A program made the translations under genes and the position numbers. 59,413 bases of DNA from positions 1-59,413 of IMG/VR virus record IMGVR_UViG_3300009034_000039; one strand, given 5' to 3'. Source of the stretch: a virus. Lineage: Duplodnaviria; Caudoviricetes. The first letter of the stretch is position 1. The number at the start of each line of letters is the position of its first letter. Shown here piece after piece: positions 9,933-18,558 of this stretch. The notes beneath the pieces were generated by a model, which did no database searches, was not told where the DNA came from, and worked only from the letters and a program-made list of their open reading frames with translations.

Positions 9933-10217
9933 ATGGAAGAAGCAGTTTTCGTATTTAATAAACACCGTGATATGAACTTTACTTATAATAAAAGAACACA
10001 TGAGATTGGATTACCTTGTAAGCTAGGATATACAGAAACAGATCTAGCATCTAAAAGAGAATTTACAACAATATTTCACTGGATTATAAATGCTATTAAT
10101 CATGAATACTTGCATAAACTTCTACATGAATTTATTAGTTATGACACTACATCAACATTTGATACCTTTTATTATGGTGATATGATTTGTGGATTTATTG
10201 ATAGTGAAAAGATATGA
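9933..10217 (+). CDS. Small HExxH (zincin-like) protein
   Basis: INHEYLHKLL; similar to 41012-41311. Confidence 0.6.
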   Translation: MEEAVFVFNKHRDMNFTYNKRTHEIGLPCKLGYTETDLASKREFTTIFHWIINAINHEYLHKLLHEFISYDTTSTFDTFYYGDMICGFIDSEKI

Positions 10218-10521
10218 GGAAAGAAAGATTTATTAAAGAGTAAGTAGCTATATACTTTGAGGATAAAAAGCATGTATGTAGAACGTGACGGCAAGTATTA
10301 CTACATAAACCTTAAAGATCCTAGTGATATTATTAAAATAGTACCAGATTCGAGTTCTATAGCTTTGCTCTATAAATTCCAAGGTAACAACAAACAAGAG
10401 GGTTTATAATGCCTTGGCAAGATCTAGCTCATATAGCAGTTTGGGCTACAATAATTATACTGGCTATTTCAACTGCTATGTTATATATCTATGCTGCTTA
10501 TTATCCTGGGAGTAGTGACTA

Positions 10522-10722
10522 ATGCCCTGCCCCGTCTGTAGAAGTACATCAGTTAAGCGATATAGTTTCGGTACTGTTCTTACAGACGCTAAGAATCTTA
10601 AAGGAATAGTTAAGACAGAACTTGTTGTTTGCGCTATATGTGGGAATGTTTATGATCGTTTACATAGATCAAAGGCTTGTATGAAAAGGAGGAATAAGAG
10701 ATTAACACCTTATATATCGTAA
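10522..10722 (+). CDS. Zn-ribbon protein
   Basis: CPVC...CAICG. Confidence 0.6.
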   Translation: MPCPVCRSTSVKRYSFGTVLTDAKNLKGIVKTELVVCAICGNVYDRLHRSKACMKRRNKRLTPYIS

Positions 10723-11012
10723 GAAGAGATCAACGCTATAAAGTTTGTAGAGGGTACTTCTTACCTGATGCTTTAAAATACTGTCATGAAGAACGAAATC
10801 TTACATGCGCAGGGAAGATTAGATTATCTAAGAAAGGATTGTATTATCATTGTCCAGATTGTGGCTGGACTACCGTTTATGATTTAGAAGGAAAACTTAT
10901 TAGTACTTATGATGAGTACGATCCTGTAAAGGAACTAGAGGCCTTAAATAGAACTATGGTTAAGAAGATGAAGTTAAAGAGCATATTAGCTAAACAGGCG
11001 GGAACAGATTAA
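10701..11012 (+). CDS. Zn-finger protein with probable non-canonical ATT start (not in ORF track)
   Basis: 103-codon open frame (HCPDCG) filling the gap up to the ATG at 11013; AGGAGG at 10687-10692; in-frame stop at 10695. Confidence 0.6.
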   Translation: MNTLYIVRRDQRYKVCRGYFLPDALKYCHEERNLTCAGKIRLSKKGLYYHCPDCGWTTVYDLEGKLISTYDEYDPVKELEALNRTMVKKMKLKSILAKQAGTD

Positions 11013-11216
11013 ATGGAGTTAGCTATACCGACTGTTCATTGGCAAGAAAAGGATTTTGTTAATATTAAGACTTCTATTGATGCTGCATTAAAACAAATCT
11101 TTGGAGAAGTCCCACCATATAAGGTTAAAAAGATCGGTTTATCAGCTTCGACATGGAGGCTTTGGGTGCGGTTGGAAGTAGCTTCTACAAAGTTAGATTA
11201 CGATCCAGGAGTTTAA
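11013..11216 (+). CDS. Hypothetical protein
   Basis: Directly abuts the upstream ORF. Confidence 0.6.
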   Translation: MELAIPTVHWQEKDFVNIKTSIDAALKQIFGEVPPYKVKKIGLSASTWRLWVRLEVASTKLDYDPGV

Positions 11217-11222
11217 ATAAAT

Positions 11223-11546
11223 ATGAAAAGAAATCCTAAACAATGTCCTAGATGTGGAGACATAGTGTCTGAAGAGAAGTACAATAGGCATATAGAGAAG
11301 CGATGTGGAATACCTTCTATGAAGAAGTTTATTCGACTTTACCGGATAATGACAGCTGGCTATAGACTACACCGTAGAGATGAAGCTTTTGTAAAGAACT
11401 TCTTAGCTACTGCTGACATCTTTAGGTTAGAGAGAGCTTTTAGAAAGGCAGCTAAATTAGATCCATATACTGAACTTGAAGATCTAAGACATGGGCAACG
11501 TTTAAGTAAACCGGTGAAGTTTAATATAATTAAGAAGGGTATTTAA
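11223..11546 (+). CDS. Zn-finger protein
   Basis: CPRC...H...C. Confidence 0.55.
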   Translation: MKRNPKQCPRCGDIVSEEKYNRHIEKRCGIPSMKKFIRLYRIMTAGYRLHRRDEAFVKNFLATADIFRLERAFRKAAKLDPYTELEDLRHGQRLSKPVKFNIIKKGI

Positions 11547-11646
11547 TGGCTACGTGTTCAAAATGTGGCAGTTTAGTATTCTATAATTGGAAGACTCACC
11601 GTGAACAGTGTAAAGGATGTGGCGCTTCTCCAGAAAGGGGATATCC

Positions 11647-12054
11647 ATGATTAAAACTGCTTGTTTGAAAGACTTAAAGAAACTTCCTAAAGCCTCTATT
11701 AAAGTAATAGTGATGAGACACTTCCCATGGTGGGTTAGAGGCATTAAGAAGAGGTACACTATTAACGCTCCAGAACTTGGTCCTACTCCTGAACTATTAA
11801 AGGCCTTTATTGAAGCTAAGAAGAAACATGGAGTTAAGTTGGCTTGGATCTATACTCACTATGAGTTAACATTCATTAGACATCTTAACCGTAGCGAGAA
11901 AGCTCAGAAGACTATGAAAGAACTTAAGGCTATCTCTATGGAGAAAGATGTTTATCTAATATGTAAAGAACCGACTGATGAGTACTGCCATAGAAGGTTG
12001 CTTAAAGAGTATATTGAAAAGCACATATACGCTGTTAGAGGAACGGGAAAGTAG
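11647..12054 (+). CDS. DUF488 family protein
   Basis: PELGPTPELL and LICKE...CHRRLL motifs; ATG at 11647 after GGGG SD. Confidence 0.75.
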   Translation: MIKTACLKDLKKLPKASIKVIVMRHFPWWVRGIKKRYTINAPELGPTPELLKAFIEAKKKHGVKLAWIYTHYELTFIRHLNRSEKAQKTMKELKAISMEKDVYLICKEPTDEYCHRRLLKEYIEKHIYAVRGTGK

Positions 12055-12268
12055 GTGAATCGGCAAGGTTCTCAAGTAAGGTTAGCGGGAATGGTACACC
12101 CCAGTACACAACAAAATAGCGGGACTTGGACTTCCTTACTAGGAAGTAGTCAGCGCTTCTTGAAGAGTCATATGTCAAATATCAATTTGCCATTGCTCTT
12201 CAAGAAAGAAAAAGAGTGTACCGAACCAGGTTTACCGATCTTAAAGTTCTTCTACTGGACTGATAAAC

Positions 12269-12547
12269 ATGGTTAGTGTCGTATGGTCTGACTCGCCTGG
12301 ATTAAAGGTACCATATGATAAGAGAACTGAGAAGTTAGAATGGCAAGGTTATTATTGTAAAGAATTTACTTTGATAGTATTAAGTGTGAAAAATGTAAGA
12401 AATACTTATGATTATATAGAAGTTTTATTTCATGAATATCTACATCATTGGATTTTTTACTTACCACTACATTGTACACATACTTTAGGTAAAATAATAG
12501 ATAGTATAGATAGACTTATTCATTACAAACGTATAATGAACATCTAA
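12269..12547 (+). CDS. Small HExxH (zincin-like) protein
   Basis: LFHEYLHH. Confidence 0.55.
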   Translation: MVSVVWSDSPGLKVPYDKRTEKLEWQGYYCKEFTLIVLSVKNVRNTYDYIEVLFHEYLHHWIFYLPLHCTHTLGKIIDSIDRLIHYKRIMNI

Positions 12548-12598
12548 CTGATAAACTTCTTAGTACCTTGAAAGTCTTGTCTTTTAAGAAACAAACGC

Positions 12599-12610
12599 AA
12601 GCTTTATAAA
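12599..12610 (+). promoter_or_regulatory. Archaeal BRE/TATA promoter heading the replication/recombination operon
   Basis: AAGCTTTATAAA followed by AGGTG SD and a TTG start. Confidence 0.65.
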
Positions 12611-12643
12611 GGTAAAAGCACTTAGACTAATTAAGGTGTATTT

Positions 12644-13690
12644 TTGGTAAAGGGTGACGCTTATCCTGGTATTGCATTGGACTATGACCAGGAAAGACTT
12701 TATGAGATAACACTACCTCAGACTAAAGGCTCTCATGGTAAGTTTGGCGAGATTATGTTTGCCGGTGACTTCCATTATGGACATGAATGTTTTTCAAGAT
12801 CTCACTTACTTAAATATATTAATCTAGTAAAGAATAGAAAACATCTTATGGTAGGTTTAATGGGAGATATTATTGAACTTACAAGTCTTAGTCCATTCCT
12901 GGCTAGAGAGAAGATACCTGTAAATAAGCAATTATCGACATTCTTAACTGATTTTATTCCTATAAAAGATAGAATACTCTGGACCTTATGGGGTAATCAC
13001 GAGTTAAGATTCGCTAGTAAAGCTAAAGAAGCTATAGATATGATGGACTATGTTAAAGTTAAATTAGGTAATACTAACATAATAGCAGGAGAACCTAATC
13101 GTGGCATTTGGGTTGTTGTTAGAAGTGGAAAGCAAAGATATCCTATATATGTTGCTCATAGCAAGACTAGAGCAGTAGTTAACGAGGACTTACAGCTTAA
13201 AAGGTCAGGTTCACAGTTCTTAGTTCCTTTAATAGCTCATGGACACACACATCGTATGGGTTGGAAAAGGCGTACTTTTATATCTGTAGTCGGAATTGAT
13301 GATTCATTCTACAGAGGAGTATATGCTCAGTATCTTATGTCAACTGGGTGCTTCTTAAGGTATCCGGGCTATGCTGAAGCACGTTCAATGCCTTTTAGTG
13401 ACATTGGAGCGCCTATAGTAAGGTTTTACTCAAGTCAAAATGAAATTGAATATATTGACTCTAGAGTCCGCTATAAAGACTTTATTCATAAATGTGAAGT
13501 TGCTCCAGAATCATTAACAGGAGAAATTGATTGTTCAGATATTAAACAAGTAGTTCCAACTAGACCTCAGTGCCCTAATTGTAAGGAAACTAATAAAATA
13601 ATGAAGGCAGGGTTTAAGATTAGTAGAAGAGGAAAAGAACAACGTTATCAATGTAGATCTTGTGGATTTAAGTACGTTCCGGTGGATTAA
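12644..13690 (+). CDS. Calcineurin-like metallophosphoesterase with C-terminal Zn ribbon
   Basis: DFH, GD, GNHE, GHTH motifs; CPNC...CRSC. Confidence 0.85.
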   Translation: MVKGDAYPGIALDYDQERLYEITLPQTKGSHGKFGEIMFAGDFHYGHECFSRSHLLKYINLVKNRKHLMVGLMGDIIELTSLSPFLAREKIPVNKQLSTFLTDFIPIKDRILWTLWGNHELRFASKAKEAIDMMDYVKVKLGNTNIIAGEPNRGIWVVVRSGKQRYPIYVAHSKTRAVVNEDLQLKRSGSQFLVPLIAHGHTHRMGWKRRTFISVVGIDDSFYRGVYAQYLMSTGCFLRYPGYAEARSMPFSDIGAPIVRFYSSQNEIEYIDSRVRYKDFIHKCEVAPESLTGEIDCSDIKQVVPTRPQCPNCKETNKIMKAGFKISRRGKEQRYQCRSCGFKYVPVD

Positions 13691-13948
13691 ATGAGTTTAG
13701 GAAGTTCAGTTATAGATATTGGTAATATAATATTTTTTGTTGCTACTTTGCCTCAAATCATTAATGCTTATCGTAACCGTAAAGATCTTAAAGGCTTGTC
13801 TAAATGGATGCTTCTAGGTTATACAGTAGGAGTAGCTTGTTTCATGGTTGGTAACTTTGCAGTTGGAGCTTATATAGGTTCTTTCTTGAATGTAATCAAT
13901 CTTGGTGCCTTTCTGGCTCAGACTTATTGGAAGTTAAAATATAGATGA
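13691..13948 (+). CDS. PQ-loop / SemiSWEET-like membrane protein
   Basis: LPQI...KGLS motif, three transmembrane segments. Confidence 0.75.
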   Translation: MSLGSSVIDIGNIIFFVATLPQIINAYRNRKDLKGLSKWMLLGYTVGVACFMVGNFAVGAYIGSFLNVINLGAFLAQTYWKLKYR

Positions 13949-14625
13949 AGATAGATATAGATCTTAAAAAAACCGCTCAGATCTCTAATATAGTCCATAC
14001 GCCTAATATTCAGACTAGAAATGAATACCACTTGTCTGACGGTGTGTATTGTGAACTTCTACCTTACTGTAGACTAACTGGTCTAGAGTCTTTACCTACT
14101 AGAAGAACTGCAGCTTTCTGGAACATAGGCAAAGCAATGCACAATATAATGGAGAAGAACTTTGAGATAAGTGAGAAAGAGTTTACTTTTGGCGGTGCAG
14201 TCTGCCATATAGACGTTCTATTTGAATCTGAACCTATTGAATTCAAGACTACCAGGAAGACGGTGAAGACTAAAGAAGACTTTGCAGACACATGGATTAA
14301 ACAACTAGCTTTAGAGTGTGTGTTCGCTAATAGTAAAGTTGGGTGGTTATGTATTCTTGAGATTATACCTGCTCTTATTACAGTATGGAAATTTGAATTC
14401 AGTTATGACGATTTAGCTAAATATGGTGGAGCTTACTTGGACTTTCTAGAACGCTGTAAGAAAGCAATTAAGGATAAGAATCCGTATCTATTAGTACCAT
14501 TATCCTGGTTCTCTAAAGGTTGTACGTATGTCGAGAGTTGTCCTAGAGCAGTAGACTGTAGAACGCTCATGAAGAGGATTATAAGGACGAAAGGTCAAGA
14601 TGATAGGAGAAAGAATAAAGCATGA
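13945..14625 (+). CDS. Cas4-like PD-(D/E)XK exonuclease
   Basis: GKAMH, HID, EFKT, KQL motifs and terminal Cys residues. Confidence 0.7.
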   Translation: MKIDIDLKKTAQISNIVHTPNIQTRNEYHLSDGVYCELLPYCRLTGLESLPTRRTAAFWNIGKAMHNIMEKNFEISEKEFTFGGAVCHIDVLFESEPIEFKTTRKTVKTKEDFADTWIKQLALECVFANSKVGWLCILEIIPALITVWKFEFSYDDLAKYGGAYLDFLERCKKAIKDKNPYLLVPLSWFSKGCTYVESCPRAVDCRTLMKRIIRTKGQDDRRKNKA

Positions 14626-14710
14626 CAATATTGATTAAAGTCTGTTCGAAATGTGAAACTACTTGTACCGGAAGTATGGAAAAGTGTCCTATATGTGGTA
14701 GTGATTTAGA

Positions 14711-14911
14711 TTGAGAGATCCTAAACGGATAGACAGAATCCTTAAGATACTTGGGAAAGCTTGGAAAGAGAATACAGATCTAAGGCTTTGTCAATTACTA
14801 AGTATTGTGGCTATTTCAGGTTGTGGATGGCCTAATAATGATCTGTATCATTTAGAAGATAAAGATTTAGAAAAAGGAATAGTAAAAGCGTTTGGAGTTA
14901 AAGTAAAATGA
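14711..14911 (+). CDS. Conserved small phage protein (RDPxRI...W...DLRLxQL type)
   Basis: MRDPKRIDRIL...AWKENTDLRLCQLL pattern. Confidence 0.6.
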   Translation: MRDPKRIDRILKILGKAWKENTDLRLCQLLSIVAISGCGWPNNDLYHLEDKDLEKGIVKAFGVKVK

Positions 14912-15864
14912 AACTAGAAGATATTACTGGTATAGGCCCGGCTATGGCGCAGAAGTTAAGAGAAGCGGGTTACTCTATAGAAGGTTTAGCTACAGCAAGA
15001 GGAGATGAAGTAGCATCTGTTGTTAAAGTGAGTTATAGGATAGCTAAAGGTTGGTGCAATGAAGCTCAAACTATAGTTCTAAGTAAAATGAAGATAGAGA
15101 CTTCTAGTGAAGTAGAGCAAGACATGAAGAAGAATATCCAATATATACCAACAGGTTCAAAGAAACTTGATGCTCTTCTAGGCGGTGGTTTTGCTACAGC
15201 ACAGACAGTTGGCTTAACTGGAGAGTTCTCTACAGGTAAGTCACAGTTATGTAATCAAGCCATTGTTAACTGTATAAAGATGGGAAGGAAAGCTGTTTTT
15301 ATAGAGACTGAACCGAATACATTTGTACCTTCTAGGATTAAAGAGATCGCTATAAAAAGAAATGTTAAGATAGACATTGATGGTAATCTATTAGCAGTTA
15401 GAGTTCAAAGTATTCCAACTGTTAAAGCTCAATACTTAGCGTATAGACTAGTTAAGAAACAACTAGAAAATAAAGACGATATAGGTTTAGTAGTTGTGGA
15501 CAGCTTTACTGCTAAGTTTAGGACTGGATATAGTAGGCGAGAGATGTTGCCTATTAGAAGAGCAGAGTTTGGTGAACACTTCCAACTTATAGACTATTTA
15601 GCAGCTAAGTATAACATCTGCTGGTTGCTCACTTGCCAAGTCATGGGTATACCTACTGCTGGTGGTCAATTAGGAGCGATGAAGAAGGCTGGTATTAGAG
15701 TCTTTCCAGTAGGAGGACATTATCTACTCCACAGTATTAGTACGTGGCTTGCTTTAGAGCAGAAGAAGACTGAAGAATGGAAGGCTCACCTCTTCGATAG
15801 TAGTCATTTAGCTCCAGGTACAGCAGACTTTAGAATAACGTCTAGAGGTATTGAAGATGTATAG
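14908..15864 (+). CDS. radA: RadA/Rad51-family recombinase
   Basis: N-terminal HhH (GIGPA), TGSKKLDALLGGG, Walker A GEFSTGKS, Walker B VVVDS, FRITSRGIED terminus. Confidence 0.93.
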   Translation: MKLEDITGIGPAMAQKLREAGYSIEGLATARGDEVASVVKVSYRIAKGWCNEAQTIVLSKMKIETSSEVEQDMKKNIQYIPTGSKKLDALLGGGFATAQTVGLTGEFSTGKSQLCNQAIVNCIKMGRKAVFIETEPNTFVPSRIKEIAIKRNVKIDIDGNLLAVRVQSIPTVKAQYLAYRLVKKQLENKDDIGLVVVDSFTAKFRTGYSRREMLPIRRAEFGEHFQLIDYLAAKYNICWLLTCQVMGIPTAGGQLGAMKKAGIRVFPVGGHYLLHSISTWLALEQKKTEEWKAHLFDSSHLAPGTADFRITSRGIEDV

Positions 15865-16059
15865 ACGTAATGCAGATATGTATGTCTGGTGCAAAAAGCA
15901 TAAAAGATTATATAAAGTATCAGTTTACGGCGTTGGTAAATGCCCATCGTGTATAAGAGAAGAAAAGGAAAAGGAGTAGAAATAAATGGAAAAAAATTGC
16001 GATCAATGTATAAGTTATGGACATTTCGACTGTGAATATGAGCCTGATAAAAATGGGAA

Positions 16060-16731
16060 GTGTCTAAATTTGAGGTGGAAGTGAAAAAACAATTGCCTAT
16101 TTTTATAGATAACCATGAACCTCAATCTATAATACAGAACTTACTCAGTACTAACATTGATGTAGACGTCCGCCATATAACTAGTGGTGACTACGTCTTT
16201 GGTGAAGTAGGTATAGAAAGAAAGACAAACGAGAACTTTATATTCAGCATAATTAATAAGAAGATACCTGGTCAATTATGGCAACAACTTGAACTACTTA
16301 ATCGTACTTATGATATTCCTATCTTACTAGTTGAAGGATCTATAAAGCCTGAATCTTATATAAGATTATTTGAAGGTTCAATGGATTCTATTACTTTATT
16401 CTGGAAGAAACTTCGTGTAATAAGGACTAAAGATGAAGATCATACTGCAGAAAAAGTAAAAAGTCTTTACATTAAGTATGGTATAGGTAAGTCTGGAAGA
16501 GAACCACCAGCGCCAGTTAGAAAGGCTAAGACTCCAAGACAAGTCAGATTATACATGCTTCAATGCATAGAAGGAGTAGGACCAGTTACTGCTAAGAATA
16601 TAATGAAAGAGTGTCCTACCTTTACTGAACTAGCTCACTTTGCAGCGGACCCTGACATACTCCGTAGAAAGATAAAAGGAGTCAGTAAGAAGTCTGCTTT
16701 CATTATGTCACGCGTATTTAGTTATATATAA
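16060..16731 (+). CDS. ERCC4/XPF-family nuclease with HhH
   Basis: IDNHE, GDY, IERKT, LLVEG motifs; GVGPVTA HhH. Confidence 0.9.
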   Translation: MSKFEVEVKKQLPIFIDNHEPQSIIQNLLSTNIDVDVRHITSGDYVFGEVGIERKTNENFIFSIINKKIPGQLWQQLELLNRTYDIPILLVEGSIKPESYIRLFEGSMDSITLFWKKLRVIRTKDEDHTAEKVKSLYIKYGIGKSGREPPAPVRKAKTPRQVRLYMLQCIEGVGPVTAKNIMKECPTFTELAHFAADPDILRRKIKGVSKKSAFIMSRVFSYI

Positions 16732-16752
16732 ATAAAATATGGAGGAAAAGAG

Positions 16753-17832
16753 ATGAAGAATGAAATAGACAGAAGTGAACTCAAAAGGTTGAAGACTTTA
16801 GCAAAGAAATCTAAGAAAACATCAGATGAACTGATTAAAGAGTTTGATGAAGTTAGATCTACAGTAGCAAATGACCGTTTAGCTGTAAACGTACTCTTCA
16901 ATAAATATCGAAAGACTGTTGCTAGACAGACATATAAAAGTAAGCAGAAAGCTGAAGTGGTTACTGGATTCGTATGGGGCGACACGGGACTTATAGATAA
17001 AGCTCTCTCAATGAGGGAGTCCGCGAAGAGGTTCATTAAGAAGAACGGTAAACAGGCTGCTATAGACGCTCAATTGATTAATGGTGAAGGTAAGTTCTTA
17101 GACCAGAGAAATAAGTTGTACGGTCGAGAGAACCCTAACTACTTAGAACCCATGCCAGACAATTTAAAGATTCGTAAGCGAACTGTATTCGGCATATTTA
17201 AGCGTAATGGTAAGCCATTTAAGTATGGTTCAATACACACTGAAGACAATAGACTTGCTGGTGGTTGGGCTAAGATAAAGAGATTTGTTCCATGCAGTAC
17301 TTTTGCTTTGATTAAAGAAGATACTAGTGAATTGAGAATGAACTCAAGCGCTGCTAAAGACACTACTACAGTTTTTAAGAAGATTGACGAGCCTTGGGAG
17401 ATTGCAAAGATAATAGAAGCTACTGTTGGTAACCGATATACGCCAATAAAACAAGTTGAAGAACACTATGAAGCTTACAAAGACGCTTGGGATAGAAAGA
17501 TATTTGTTAAAGGCATGATAGGCTGGCTAAACTTAGATAGAGTAGACATGTTTGGAAGGCACTCAGGCCTTATATGTGATCCTGACAATCCAGAAAGCGG
17601 TGTTAGACTAGAGATACCTTCTCATGTCCGTATTGAATGGGGAGAAGGTAGTGAAGTGGTAGTGCTAGGCAAGACACGAAGGACTAAGTATCGAGACGAA
17701 GAAGGTGAATTACAGCCAGGCGACGTAGTGATAACAGTATGGGGAATCTTCCCGATACCCGGTATGAGTACTCCTGTCGAAAGCAGTCCAGACGTAAAAA
17801 GTGACGAAGATATAAATGGGTGGCTTGATTAA
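16753..17832 (+). CDS. Probable OB-fold ssDNA-binding protein (RPA-like)
   Basis: C-terminal OB-like strands (GEGSEVVVLGK...ITVWGI), acidic tail ending WLD, next to radA and polB. Confidence 0.5.
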   Translation: MKNEIDRSELKRLKTLAKKSKKTSDELIKEFDEVRSTVANDRLAVNVLFNKYRKTVARQTYKSKQKAEVVTGFVWGDTGLIDKALSMRESAKRFIKKNGKQAAIDAQLINGEGKFLDQRNKLYGRENPNYLEPMPDNLKIRKRTVFGIFKRNGKPFKYGSIHTEDNRLAGGWAKIKRFVPCSTFALIKEDTSELRMNSSAAKDTTTVFKKIDEPWEIAKIIEATVGNRYTPIKQVEEHYEAYKDAWDRKIFVKGMIGWLNLDRVDMFGRHSGLICDPDNPESGVRLEIPSHVRIEWGEGSEVVVLGKTRRTKYRDEEGELQPGDVVITVWGIFPIPGMSTPVESSPDVKSDEDINGWLD

Positions 17833-17866
17833 GCCATCACCTACCTTTTTTATAGGAGGTGTTAAC

Positions 17867-18169
17867 TTGACTAAGAATACTGATAAAAGTAAAAAGGTTA
17901 AGACTAAAACTAAAAGAAAAAGAAAGAAGAAAAGAGAGGTTATTGGAATACACCGCTGTAGATGTGGTAATTGGGTTAGTACTGATGACAATAAGATTAT
18001 CAATGTTGTTATACGTCACGGTAATGTATGCTGTAAAATATGTAAAGCTAATATATTAGTATCAATTAGTGGTGGAAGGCACGCACACCCGAAAGAGGAT
18101 AAGCGTGCTGGTAGATTAATTTCACAATACTATAAAGAAGATCACCCGGATGAAGAGGAAGATTATTAA
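17867..18169 (+). CDS. Basic Zn-ribbon protein
   Basis: TTG after GGAGGTG; CRCG...CKIC. Confidence 0.6.
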   Translation: MTKNTDKSKKVKTKTKRKRKKKREVIGIHRCRCGNWVSTDDNKIINVVIRHGNVCCKICKANILVSISGGRHAHPKEDKRAGRLISQYYKEDHPDEEEDY

Positions 18170-18558
18170 TGCCTAGAAGAACAAGGCAAGACTTAGAAGA
18201 TAAGATAAGGTATAGATGGTCAGATGAGTGGGAAGAACTGTTAGACCAGCGTTCACCACGAGTCTATATGCCAGAGCGTCTACTGCGTAAACTATGGGAA
18301 AGAAGACTTAATAATGAAGGTAGTCTTCTAGAGATCTACTTTAAATATATAGAACCAGAAGAATTGGATCCAGTTAAGTTCAGAAGAGGTTTGCTTTTTA
18401 GAGTCGATAAATGTATTAGAAAGAAGAACTCACTTAACCAAGATAGAACTTCTTTTATAAGCGAAATCATTCATGATTATCTGGTTAATGAAGGTGTAGA
18501 TACAGATCAGGAGACTAGGAAAGGTTTAAACCTAGTTAGGAAGAAGAAAAAGAAATGA
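18169..18558 (+). CDS. Putative DNA-binding protein (RHH-like C-terminus)
   Basis: DRTSFISEIIHDYL. Confidence 0.45.
   Translation: MPRRTRQDLEDKIRYRWSDEWEELLDQRSPRVYMPERLLRKLWERRLNNEGSLLEIYFKYIEPEELDPVKFRRGLLFRVDKCIRKKNSLNQDRTSFISEIIHDYLVNEGVDTDQETRKGLNLVRKKKKK

Noticed and set aside
13565-13690. IS1 InsA-like Zn ribbon suggesting a transposon
   Set aside because: It is fused to a phosphoesterase; no transposase catalytic domain or terminal inverted repeats seen
13945-14625. Cas4 as part of a CRISPR system
   Set aside because: No repeat-spacer array or other cas genes seen; stand-alone Cas4-like nucleases are common in archaeal viruses
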